From Nitrospiraceae bacterium (lineage in GTDB: Bacteria > Nitrospirota > Nitrospiria > Nitrospirales > Nitrospiraceae): a stretch of DNA of 48,350 nucleotides. The position numbers and the translations under genes are program-made. The stretch lies in assembly GCA_050246315.1 (NCBI GenBank), contig JBFWWG010000019.1, forward strand, positions 1 through 48,350, written 5' to 3'. The notes under the pieces are model-generated. The model did not search any database. It saw only the letters and a list, made by a program, of their open reading frames with translations, and was not told where the DNA came from. Every line of letters begins with the position of its first letter. Positions within the stretch are counted from its first letter, which is position 1. Positions 9,247 through 18,115 of the stretch are shown in pieces.

Positions 9247-9747
9247 TCAGCGAGACCACCACACCCTGACGAAGTCCTCGGCCTTGTTGTAGCGCACATC
9301 CAACTCGCCCTGGTGCGCGTCCTTCAAGGCCGACCCGATCCGGCGCGCCAGGTGCGAATCTGTCGTGGAGATCACCACCTTGTCCTTCTGCTTTTCGATC
9401 ATCATGATTCGAGAAAGAGGATGGGTTTCCTTTTCATTGGCTTCCGCGTTCCGGATGAGTCCCACCAGGTCATCTTCGTGTAAGGGCAGGTAGGGTCCCG
9501 TCAAGGTCACGAGGCCTTTGGGATACTTGTCCTCGATCCGTTGGCAGGCGGGACACAGAGCCTCGTGGGCGTCGGCCGGCTTTGCCGCCCATGACCAGCG
9601 CCCACGATGGAAGACCGCGCCGCATTGCGGGCAGGCGGTCGGCTCTTTCAGCTTGCGTTTGGTCTTATAGGTATCGTGTTCGTATTCGCGAACATCTCTG
9701 TCTCGTCTCATCCCTCTTCCGGTGGCTGGAGCAGCCTTGCTCTTCAT
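9247..9747 (-). CDS. BCAM0308-family protein
   Basis: HDTY...EPTACPQCGAVFHRGRWSW...CPACQRIEDKYPKG...HPLSRIM...HLARRIG...RVWWSR; ATG after GGAGG. Confidence 0.88.
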   Translation of the reverse strand: MKSKAAPATGRGMRRDRDVREYEHDTYKTKRKLKEPTACPQCGAVFHRGRWSWAAKPADAHEALCPACQRIEDKYPKGLVTLTGPYLPLHEDDLVGLIRNAEANEKETHPLSRIMMIEKQKDKVVISTTDSHLARRIGSALKDAHQGELDVRYNKAEDFVRVWWSR

Positions 9748-9837
9748 ACAGGCGACCTCCGAGTTGCCCGAGCGGCGCCCGCTCGGAACCGAAATCGGCA
9801 CACATGATCGTCTTTCGAGATGGGTGAGGAGTCCTTG

Positions 9838-10311
9838 TCACCCCACCTTGATCTCCACACTCTTCGACACGGGCTTTGCAGTTTTCGGCAAGTGCACCCA
9901 CAGCACTCCGTCCTTGGACTCGGCGGAAATCTTGGCGGCGTCGGCATCGTCCGGGATGGTGAAGCTTCGGGTGAAACTCCCGTACGTGCGCTCCACGCGA
10001 TGGAACTTTTTGCCCTTTTCTTCCTTCTCATAGCTCCGCTCGCCGGAGATGGTCATGACGCCGTTGTGGACGGTCAGTTTGATCTGGTCCTTCTTCACCT
10101 CCGGCAGCTCGGCCTTGATGAGGTATTCCTTGTCGTCCTCCGCAATGTCCACCAACGGAGACCACTCGGCCACCGTCATGGCCTCCTCACGCTCACCTTC
10201 TTTCCGCACACCCGTGCGGCCGAAGAGGCTGGCCAGTCGCTTTTCCATCTCCTCCAGTTCCTTCGAAGGATTCCATCTGGCGATCGGATCTCGGCGAGTC
10301 AGTTCTCCCAT
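9838..10311 (-). CDS. Hsp20/alpha-crystallin small heat-shock protein
   Basis: WSPLVDIAED...AELPEVKK...ERTYGSFTRSF...DGVLWVHLPK. Confidence 0.95.
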   Translation of the reverse strand: MGELTRRDPIARWNPSKELEEMEKRLASLFGRTGVRKEGEREEAMTVAEWSPLVDIAEDDKEYLIKAELPEVKKDQIKLTVHNGVMTISGERSYEKEEKGKKFHRVERTYGSFTRSFTIPDDADAAKISAESKDGVLWVHLPKTAKPVSKSVEIKVG

Positions 10312-10374
10312 GGGTCCCCCTCCTTCCCGGACCACCTATATGTCCACTGTCTCGGATCAAGACCGGGTCTCCGG

Positions 10375-10683
10375 CTAGGCCGCTTCGACCTTCCTCTGCG
10401 ATTCACCGCCCACCAATGGTGCCTCGGCCGGTTCGCACTCTGGGGCGATGTCGCACCGCGGGTACTGAGTCGCCTCCTTGTGAGGCGGAAGCGACAGGGC
10501 ATATTCTCCTCGCCCCATCAGCGTGACGAGCACCGCACCTTCCCGGCTCAACCGATCGATCTCCGCAAAGACCTGGTTCCACGTGAGATCGGGATGCAGG
10601 CTCAATACCTCCTCGATGCGACACCCAGGCACGCGCGCAACCGACTCCAGAATGATACGGGCGGTCGGTGTGGCGGCAGCCAT
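10375..10683 (-). CDS. Small hypothetical protein (winged-helix-like)
   Basis: ATG after gaggtg RBS, first gene after a sigma54 promoter; PGCRIEEV...PDLTWNQVFAEIDRLSREG. Confidence 0.7.
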   Translation of the reverse strand: MAAATPTARIILESVARVPGCRIEEVLSLHPDLTWNQVFAEIDRLSREGAVLVTLMGRGEYALSLPPHKEATQYPRCDIAPECEPAEAPLVGGESQRKVEAA

Positions 10684-10726
10684 AGAACACCTCGTGCCTA
10701 CTGCAGATGCCATGCTGTTGCCGGGG

Positions 10727-10742
10727 TGCATGCACGGTGCCA
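10727..10742 (-). promoter_or_regulatory. sigma54 promoter
   Basis: TGGCACCGTGCATGCA (GG-N10-GC), 43 nt upstream of the ATG at 10683. Confidence 0.7.
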
Positions 10743-10919
10743 GAGAGAACAGTCGACCTCGAAGCGACCTCCCAGCAACCCGGACAAGCACTTAGAAAAT
10801 CGGCGGAGCTGCCACGATGTTGCGTTTCAGACCAGCGGGGAGATGATCGTTGTCGCCAAAAGCAACAGCGACAGGAGGACGCGACTGTCTCAAAATACTC
10901 CTGACTGGAGAGGTGCTTC

Positions 10920-12131
10920 CTACCAGAGCCAATTCGGCTTCAGCAGCAGCATGAGGCCCAGCCCGACCATGACGATTCCACTCAGGAGCTTGAGCCACTC
11001 TCCTTCACGAGCTTGAAGCTTATGCCGGCCGAGCGTCACGACGGCGATGGCGACCATGAGGCCGTCGTCGGCGATATAGGCCAGGTTATAGAGCGCCAGA
11101 TAGCCGTAGTACTGCCACCAAGTCAGGTCGCGCAAGGTCAAGATTCTGGTATAGGCGGCGGGCAACCCCGCCGTACAAAGCAATTCGATGACATTGACCA
11201 GAACGGCGAGCACGACGACGCTGGCCATGGCACCGAGAAGGTTGTCGGCCTGGATGATCCGTCGCATCGCCGCATAGAGACCGGACTTGGCCGACTCTGG
11301 GATCCCGACAGACCACCCGCGTCTGGCCGTAACGGCGTCTTTGAGGTTGAGGGCGCCGATTAAGATCGCCACTCCGCCGAGCAAGAGTTCTGTCAGGCGG
11401 GAATAGCCGACGAACCGGAACAAGTTGAGCCAGGCGGCCATGAACGCGAAGTAGACCAGGCCGCTGACGAGGACGAACGTTCCGGCAATCACAGCCATGG
11501 CCTTCCTGTCTCGCAGGTTCACCAGGAGGGAAAGGAGAAACAACAGCACCCACATGGCGCAGGGGTTGAACCCGTCCAAGAGACCGAGTACTAAGGTGAA
11601 GAGCGGGAGTCCCAGATCCCGGGTGCTCAGAGGACCGAAAAACGAGACTGTCACCGTGTCCTGATCGCCCTCCCGACTGGATTGGGCGGTACAGGGCTCC
11701 TCGACTTCTGACCGACACGCACCCGGCAAGGGTCTGTATTCTGGGCCGGACCGAGTTCGGTCGAGCAGGGACCGGATCAGCGAACCCGTTGTCTCAGCCT
11801 CGTCGTAACCGATCAGGAGTTCTCCTCCCACCAGAAAGGCCGGTACGCCGAGGGTTCGTATGTGTCGTGCCGCGGCGAGTTCATGTAACCGCTCCGCTGC
11901 GACCGTAGATCGTCCGACGTCGTGCACGAGAATCTGGAGCGACGGCCGTTCCTGTTTCAGTTGTTCCAGGAAAGTCTTGGCGCGAACGCAGTGGGGGCAG
12001 CCTTCCCTGACGAAGACTTCGATGTCGGCGGCGGCGGACTCAGCCAATGTGCTGCCGGCTGAGGTCGGGAAGGAGTCCGCCGCGCTGCAAGCGATCAACA
12101 GAACCAGGAATCGGAAGAAGCGCATGGCCAT
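10920..12131 (-). CDS. Glutaredoxin-like CxxC domain fused to a DsbD/CcdA-like membrane domain
   Basis: Signal peptide, REGCPHC, GVPAF, then TM region with LDGFNPCAMWVL and ELLCTAGLP. Confidence 0.85.
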   Translation of the reverse strand: MAMRFFRFLVLLIACSAADSFPTSAGSTLAESAAADIEVFVREGCPHCVRAKTFLEQLKQERPSLQILVHDVGRSTVAAERLHELAAARHIRTLGVPAFLVGGELLIGYDEAETTGSLIRSLLDRTRSGPEYRPLPGACRSEVEEPCTAQSSREGDQDTVTVSFFGPLSTRDLGLPLFTLVLGLLDGFNPCAMWVLLFLLSLLVNLRDRKAMAVIAGTFVLVSGLVYFAFMAAWLNLFRFVGYSRLTELLLGGVAILIGALNLKDAVTARRGWSVGIPESAKSGLYAAMRRIIQADNLLGAMASVVVLAVLVNVIELLCTAGLPAAYTRILTLRDLTWWQYYGYLALYNLAYIADDGLMVAIAVVTLGRHKLQAREGEWLKLLSGIVMVGLGLMLLLKPNWLW

Positions 12132-12199
12132 GCCGGTCGGAGTAGCAACAGGCGGGCCAGGTAGGCGTGCGGTATGCTGTCGGGTGACGGAGAACTGAA

Positions 12200-12229
12200 G
12201 GGCGGCCCTCAGAACGAAAAGGGCCGCCC
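12200..12229 (-). terminator. GC-rich hairpin after the Pal-like gene
   Basis: 10-bp stem gggcggccct/agggccgccc just after the stop; weak U-tract. Confidence 0.5.
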
Positions 12230-12236
12230 CTGAAAG

Positions 12237-13055
12237 TTACCGGGCGACGAAGTGTGCCCGTCGGTTGGATTGCCAGCAGGCTTCGCTATGGTCGGTGCAG
12301 AAGGGTCGCTCCTTGCCGTAACTGAGGATCTGCATCTGCGAACCGGGCACTCCCAGATTTTCGAGGTAGCGTTTGACCGACTGGGCCCGGCGCTCGCCGA
12401 GAATCAGATTGTAGGCGAGAGTGCCCCGCTCGTCGCAGTGGCCTTCGATGACGATTCTCTGTCCATCGTTGGTCCGTAGGACCTTGGCGTTCTCTTCCAA
12501 CGTCGTCCGCGCGTCGGCGCGCAGGACCGATTGGTCATAATCGAAATAGATGTCCTCAAGGGACGGGGAAGGAGCCGGAGGAGGAGGCGGTTCCACCGGG
12601 AGAGCAGCAGGAGCTTGGGCGATCGCAGGCGGCGGCGGCTCCGCCGCTGGAGGTGGTTCCGGAGTCGGCTGGACCGGCGCTGGAGTCGGCGGGGCCATTG
12701 GCGGCTCCGTGACACGAGCTTCTTCGACGGGCGGCGGCGCGGGCGGCGGTGGTTCGACTCTTGGTTCCTCGACCGGTGGCGGCGGTGGTGGCGGCGGCTC
12801 GATCTTTGGTTCCTCGACCGGTGGCGGCGGCGGAGGCGGCGGAGGCGGAGACTCGACCTTCGCCTCTTCCAACGGCGGCGGCGGAACCGGCTCCGGCGTC
12901 ACTTGCGGGGCCGCTGCCTCGGGTTTCGGCCCGGCAATGAAGGTTTGGTCTCCGGATCCCGACGAAAGTTTCTTGCCTGAACAGCCCGTAACGATCCCCA
13001 GGATGACGAACCCCAGAAGGACTCGACATGTTGTCGATGCGATCAATCCATACAT
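12237..13055 (-). CDS. pal: Pal/OmpA-domain lipoprotein with long Pro-rich linker
   Basis: Lipobox VTGC; IYFDYD, IEGHCDERGT, LGERRA, SYGKERP, NRRAHF; repeated PPPPPVEEPK/R units. Confidence 0.85.
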   Translation of the reverse strand: MYGLIASTTCRVLLGFVILGIVTGCSGKKLSSGSGDQTFIAGPKPEAAAPQVTPEPVPPPPLEEAKVESPPPPPPPPPPVEEPKIEPPPPPPPPVEEPRVEPPPPAPPPVEEARVTEPPMAPPTPAPVQPTPEPPPAAEPPPPAIAQAPAALPVEPPPPPAPSPSLEDIYFDYDQSVLRADARTTLEENAKVLRTNDGQRIVIEGHCDERGTLAYNLILGERRAQSVKRYLENLGVPGSQMQILSYGKERPFCTDHSEACWQSNRRAHFVAR

Positions 13056-13069
13056 GAGTGTGGTTCTCC

Positions 13070-13411
13070 TTAACGGATGTGAATGGACCGGGCGACCAGT
13101 CCGTCAGGGTTCTTCGAGTAGGCGAGGTCTGCAACGTCTCCCACTTTGACATCGGCCAATGTGATGGAGCGCGTGCCTTTGGTGATCTTCGCATCCGGCG
13201 GAACCGACGCGCCGACGATCAACTCTTCCTTGTTGGGCCGGCCGGATCGGATGACGATCGTGTGGGGCTCGTCCTTCAGGTTCGTCGCCACGACCTGTCC
13301 GCGGACGGTGTGAACCGCTCCCTTCTGGCTCGCGGCGAGGAGAGACACGGGTATGCCCGCAATCCCCACCGCAAGCCAGAGCACACAGCAAAGTCTTAGG
13401 ACGCTCCTCAT
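13070..13411 (-). CDS. Small exported OB-fold-like protein
   Basis: ATG after GGAGG; signal peptide; VRGQVVA...LADVKVGDVADLAY. Confidence 0.7.
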   Translation of the reverse strand: MRSVLRLCCVLWLAVGIAGIPVSLLAASQKGAVHTVRGQVVATNLKDEPHTIVIRSGRPNKEELIVGASVPPDAKITKGTRSITLADVKVGDVADLAYSKNPDGLVARSIHIR

Positions 13412-13679
13412 TGAGACCTCCATTCCATGTGTCAACTGGGTCAGTCGTCGCGGGATCGAGCGACGCTGGTTCTGGCTAGCCCGCATGGTTCATGAACGCT
13501 TCTGCTGCAATCGCGGATTCGCCGCTGCAACACGCCGATCTGCATGTGCAACGGGTGGAATGTGACGAACCGCCATGAATCATGCGGACCAGTGGCGTCG
13601 AGAATGTTGTCCCTTATACTCTTCTGTGCGAAAGATGCCAAGATGGATGGATACTTTTTCCGAACGACGAGGCATCCCA

Positions 13680-14648
13680 TTACAGCAGGGTGGTGGCGAT
13701 GCCGAGATACATCGCCACACTCAGGAGATCTTGGAGCACGGTGGCGATCGGCCCGCTGGCAAGCGCCGGATCAACCCCCAACCGGTCCAGAGCCAGCGGG
13801 AGCAGCGAGGCCACGAGCGTGGCGATGCAGGAAGTGGCCAGCAGCGTGATGGCGATGACCAGCGCGACTTGGCGATAGCCTCCGAAGAGATACAGACCCA
13901 GACCGGCGACGGCTCCCATCGTACTTCCAATCAACAGGCCCAGAAGTCCTTCATGCCAGAGATGCAGGAGCACCGAGACTCTGCCGTAGGCGAGGGTTCG
14001 AACCAAGATCGTTTCCGTTTGAGTGCCGACTGCGTCCGCCATATAGACGACGAGCGGGAGAAAGAAGGCCAGCGCGATCTCCTGCTGTAAGGCTGCTTCG
14101 AAGGCTTTGGCAATTTCTGCGGTCACCCATCCGCCGGCCAATCCGAGAATCAGCCAAGGAATCCGTGCTCGGAAGGCATCGATGGTGCGGTGCGGCTGGG
14201 TGGGAGCCGGATGGACCGACCCCACGCCGCCCTTACGGAGCAGGTCGTCCACATGCTCTTCATGCAGCAGGGCGAGCAGCCTGCCGATCGGGACGGCCCC
14301 CAGCAACCGGCGCCGTTCATCGACCACGGTCACGTCCGCCTCGTGCCGTTCGACGGCCATCAACGCGATCGATTCGGCGACCTCGCTCGGACTCACCTCC
14401 AGCGGAGGTGGACCTTGAAGATCGGCCAGGACCTGCTCCGGGCCGGCGGCCAGCAACCGCTCAACCGGCACCTGGCCGAGCAGCCGGCCCTGCTCATCCA
14501 CAAGATAGAGGTGCCCTGCTTCATCGTACGCGCCTTCCCTCAGCATCAAGAGGGTGCGGGCCACGTTGTCGGCGGGAGCGGCGTGTGGGACGGCCGCCGT
14601 CATCAGATCCGATGCCCGTCGTCTCTCGTTCCGAATCGGACTATCCAT
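13680..14648 (-). CDS. mgtE: MgtE-family magnesium transporter (CBS pair plus TM, no N-domain)
   Basis: CBS motifs (LYLVDEQGRLLG); ARIPWL, FFLPLVVYMADAVGTQ, GVDPALASGPIATVLQD. Confidence 0.88.
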   Translation of the reverse strand: MDSPIRNERRRASDLMTAAVPHAAPADNVARTLLMLREGAYDEAGHLYLVDEQGRLLGQVPVERLLAAGPEQVLADLQGPPPLEVSPSEVAESIALMAVERHEADVTVVDERRRLLGAVPIGRLLALLHEEHVDDLLRKGGVGSVHPAPTQPHRTIDAFRARIPWLILGLAGGWVTAEIAKAFEAALQQEIALAFFLPLVVYMADAVGTQTETILVRTLAYGRVSVLLHLWHEGLLGLLIGSTMGAVAGLGLYLFGGYRQVALVIAITLLATSCIATLVASLLPLALDRLGVDPALASGPIATVLQDLLSVAMYLGIATTLL

Positions 14649-14658
14649 GCGTGGTGGA

Positions 14659-15324
14659 TCAAGGAGTGAGGAAGGCCTTGCGGATGCGAAGGGCAAAGGC
14701 ATCGACGGAGTGGGGATCGGACCGATGAACACAGGTGCCCAGGCGCTGCGCGGCGAGATTGGCCCAGTGCTCGCCCATGTCAATGACCTCTCCGGTCCTG
14801 ACCTGGCCCGCCTTCAGGCGGACGAGGTCGGCCCCGATCTCGGTCTCGGCGATCCGCACCGTAAAGGTCCCTCGGTCGAAGAGTTCGCATAGGTTATAGA
14901 GGACGCGCACGTAGGCCGCCGCATACTTGGCGGGCCTCCCGTCTTTCTTGTCGAGAAATTTCTTGCGTTGGTTCGCCGCGTAGCTCATGAAGGCCTCGTA
15001 GGCCTGGCGCGGAGACCAGACGGACGGGAGGAGACCGCGCAACTCCTGTCCCCATTCGTCCGCCGCGATGACCGGGGCGAGAAAGGTTTCGAGGACCAGC
15101 GGGTAACATTCGAGTGCGAGCGAGAGGAACAGACCGATTTCCCATGCCGTCTCATCCACCGTTTCCTTCGTCATCCGCGTGCCCTGGTAGCGAAATCCGA
15201 CCCGAAAGAGGTCGGCCGTCGGCACGACGTAGACGCTCCGATAGTCGGCATCGCTCTCCGGGCCGGCCAACCCGTGAGCCTGCGAGCCGATCAAGACTTT
15301 CAGGATGGTCCTACTCTGATCCAC
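14659..15324 (-). CDS. Pol-beta superfamily nucleotidyltransferase (YcgL/RlaP-like)
   Basis: GSQAHGLAGPESDADYRSVYV motif; GTG start after gggag. Confidence 0.8.
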   Translation of the reverse strand: MDQSRTILKVLIGSQAHGLAGPESDADYRSVYVVPTADLFRVGFRYQGTRMTKETVDETAWEIGLFLSLALECYPLVLETFLAPVIAADEWGQELRGLLPSVWSPRQAYEAFMSYAANQRKKFLDKKDGRPAKYAAAYVRVLYNLCELFDRGTFTVRIAETEIGADLVRLKAGQVRTGEVIDMGEHWANLAAQRLGTCVHRSDPHSVDAFALRIRKAFLTP

Positions 15325-15344
15325 GCGAGTCAGTCTCCCTTCGG

Positions 15345-16466
15345 TCAGTGCGACGATCCTATAGGGATGAACGAAATCACGATGGAAATGGCGATGAGGA
15401 TGACGATGATCCATTCCAGCAATTCCATCCGCAGATTGGCGGCGCGGTCGGTCATCTTGCCGTAAATGCTGTCCAACGTTTGGAGCTTGCGGATGATGCT
15501 CGCGTCCCAATCCTCAAGGTGAAAGCGCTGTGAGAGGAGACGATACAGCCGGGCGAGATACTGGTCCCCCAGCAGCTTGAGCGTATTGGTGACGCGCTCG
15601 AAGAGAATGGCGCTGTCCACCTGCATTTCCGCGATACGGGTGGAATGGGTTTCGAGCGAACGGGGCCATGGCAGACGGCTCCACGGAGTCTTGGCCAGCG
15701 CCTCATAGGCCTGGTCCAGCGCCAGGTCCAGTTGGTGGTCGAGCAGGCGCATTTCCAACAATTCGACGTTGGCAAACTCGACCACCGCCCGTACGTCCTC
15801 CATATCGGACCCGAACAGAAATGCGGCGTTCCAGTCGATGACGGCGATGTCCTCGGGGCTGAAGGAGAGGCGGTAGGACATGGCGTCGCGGATTTCCTGT
15901 TCGGAGAGCGACGTCCGTTCGCACCGCAGGATCTGCGCCAACTCATGTTCAAAGGCTGTCCAGAGGAGGGGAGTGTTCAGGGAACTGGAGGCTTCGATGT
16001 GGAAGATTGCGTAATCCTCGACCTCACCGGCCAACGCCGGCTTCTCGATGGCCTCTCCAAGCGCCTCGGCCAACTCATCGACCCATCGGCGCGAGTCGGT
16101 CAGGAGCGAGGGGTTGTCGTAGAGCGCTTCGCTCAACCCCAGCAGACCTGTAAAGGGGCCTTCGATCGGAATCTTATAGGTGACCGTCAGGGCGCCGAAA
16201 TCGTAGAGCATCAGCTCGACGCTCGGGCTTGTGGCGTAGTGCGAGAGCGTGATCGCGGCGGTCTCCTTCAAAATCCGCAAGGGCGCGGGGCGGTATTCCA
16301 GGTGAGGCGGCGCGCGAAGTTTGTATCGGATCTGAGCCCGTTCCTTGAGCGCAGTCACGCGGCGGTCGGCGAGGTCGAGATTGATGGCGGCGCCGATGTC
16401 GTAGACGAGCAGCGCGAAGCAGGTGCCCTTCTCGATCGTCAAGCGCTGCGCCTCGTCTGTCGGCAT
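15345..16466 (-). CDS. Hypothetical membrane protein, RMD1/DUF155-like C-terminus
   Basis: LYDFGA, LLEMRLLD, LGDQYLARLY, ELLEWIIVILI single C-terminal TM. Confidence 0.7.
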   Translation of the reverse strand: MPTDEAQRLTIEKGTCFALLVYDIGAAINLDLADRRVTALKERAQIRYKLRAPPHLEYRPAPLRILKETAAITLSHYATSPSVELMLYDFGALTVTYKIPIEGPFTGLLGLSEALYDNPSLLTDSRRWVDELAEALGEAIEKPALAGEVEDYAIFHIEASSSLNTPLLWTAFEHELAQILRCERTSLSEQEIRDAMSYRLSFSPEDIAVIDWNAAFLFGSDMEDVRAVVEFANVELLEMRLLDHQLDLALDQAYEALAKTPWSRLPWPRSLETHSTRIAEMQVDSAILFERVTNTLKLLGDQYLARLYRLLSQRFHLEDWDASIIRKLQTLDSIYGKMTDRAANLRMELLEWIIVILIAISIVISFIPIGSSH

Positions 16467-16518
16467 TGGGGGCCTTCTCCTCGACCGCGACGGAAGAAGT
16501 CCTTAGGATTCACAGGGG

Positions 16519-17715
16519 CTAAATCAGTTCATGGTATCGGGCTTTCTGGTAGATCTGCCCCTTCGTCAACAGCACGGCTCCCGTTCCGATCACCGTCATC
16601 AGAGCCGCCACGAAGCCTCCCACGAATGGAATGAGTGTCATGAGGAAGTAGACGATCAGTCCCGTCACGAACGCGCCTCTGGCGCTCGGAGCACGCCCGA
16701 GGCCGCGCAACAGACCCCAGCCCAGCCAGGTGATCGTGAAGACGCGGCTCAGATAGAAAATCAGAAACAGGCCGGCCGCCGCGACCAGGGCAAGAGGGAG
16801 CCCCATGACTGAAGCGGCCAGCAGCAGGATGACGAGGGGGCCGAGGAGGCAGAGGAGCAGGCCCGTTCCGAATGAGGCGAGCGTCCGCCGGCTGAGGTTG
16901 GCCACCGTCAATTCCGTCGCGATCGGATAGAAATGAAGGAGCAGCAGCCCCAGCACGAGTGTCGAGACGAAGCTGATCCCCGCGAACAGCAGTTTCCCCA
17001 TGGCGAGCCCCGCCAAGATCTGTTCCGGCTGAGGTATCCGCAACGTGCGGAACGATCGCTCGGTTACGCGGCCCTTGACCGCAGCCGGATCATCGATGGT
17101 CGGGGATCCCTGTCCCATATAGCTCAGGTTCCCGTCGATCTTGGCGTTGGAGGTCACACGAAGCGAGCCGGCGGCGGCGTTCACGTGGCCGCCGATTTCG
17201 TTCGAGAGCGTCACCTCTCCGCCACCGACAGTGAGGCTCTTCGCGATCGGCCCGGCCAAATGCACAGAGCCTCCGCCAGCGACCATGGCGCCCTCTACGC
17301 GGCCGGTGCCGGCGGTTTCGATCATCCCGCCTCCCACGGTGAGATTGCGGCCGATCTGTCCGCTGATCGAGATCCGGCCTCCCACCACCCGCGCGTCGGC
17401 CGTCACCTTGCCGGAGATCGTCACGATCGCGCCGGCGGCCAGGAGGTCGCCGTTCACGGTCCCGTCTATAATGATGCGGCGGGCGATCACATGCGCGTCG
17501 CCGTTGATCGTCCCGTAAATCTCTACCTGGTCGGCGGCGGCGAAATAATCCCGGGCGATCGTCTGCCCTCGCGGCACGGTCACGAGACTCCGGGAGCCGT
17601 CCGATTCTTGATTCTCTTCGTCTGCTTGAACGATGGACGGCTGGGCTGCCTCGAACAGGCCGAGACAGAGCGTGATCATGACCGCGATAAGCCGGAAAGG
17701 TCTGGACGGTGCCAT
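16519..17715 (-). CDS. Exported beta-helical (bactofilin-like) repeat domain plus multi-TM membrane protein
   Basis: Signal peptide; repeated GxVxGD/xxGGxVxI units; hydrophobic C-terminal helices. Confidence 0.75.
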   Translation of the reverse strand: MAPSRPFRLIAVMITLCLGLFEAAQPSIVQADEENQESDGSRSLVTVPRGQTIARDYFAAADQVEIYGTINGDAHVIARRIIIDGTVNGDLLAAGAIVTISGKVTADARVVGGRISISGQIGRNLTVGGGMIETAGTGRVEGAMVAGGGSVHLAGPIAKSLTVGGGEVTLSNEIGGHVNAAAGSLRVTSNAKIDGNLSYMGQGSPTIDDPAAVKGRVTERSFRTLRIPQPEQILAGLAMGKLLFAGISFVSTLVLGLLLLHFYPIATELTVANLSRRTLASFGTGLLLCLLGPLVILLLAASVMGLPLALVAAAGLFLIFYLSRVFTITWLGWGLLRGLGRAPSARGAFVTGLIVYFLMTLIPFVGGFVAALMTVIGTGAVLLTKGQIYQKARYHELI

Positions 17716-17740
17716 GGAGGACTCCTTTTCACTTAAGCGT

Positions 17741-18115
17741 TCACTCCGGCGGCGCGAGCTCGCGAATGTACCGTAGGGATTCCAAGATTTCTTCGTCCGT
17801 GAGACTCGTCAGCCATCCGTGCATCGGCGTGTAGGCGACCCCGTAGGCGGCGGCCATCCACAGTTCAAAGTCGGTTTTCGCACGGATACGCGGAGCGTGG
17901 AAATCGGCGGGACGAACGACGAGCGAGTCGGCCTCCGGCCCGTCCCCCTCTCCGTTCAACCCATGACAACGAAAACAATGCTCTTCATAGATCATGCGGC
18001 CGGTGCGGATGCGGCCGTCGTCGCTCCATGACGCGACCAGACCCGACGTCAGCCCGATCACGGTGACGAACAGCGCCGTGACGAACATTCGGCCGACCAT
18101 GCGGAGCCCTTTCAT
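17741..18115 (-). CDS. Monoheme cytochrome c
   Basis: N-terminal TM/signal; CFRCHGLNGEGDGP; TPMHGW axial Met; overlaps the ATPase stop. Confidence 0.9.
   Translation of the reverse strand: MKGLRMVGRMFVTALFVTVIGLTSGLVASWSDDGRIRTGRMIYEEHCFRCHGLNGEGDGPEADSLVVRPADFHAPRIRAKTDFELWMAAAYGVAYTPMHGWLTSLTDEEILESLRYIRELAPPE

Noticed and set aside
12531..13194. Gly-rich and Arg-rich ORFs
   Set aside because: Alternative-frame and antisense shadows of the Pro-rich Pal linker.
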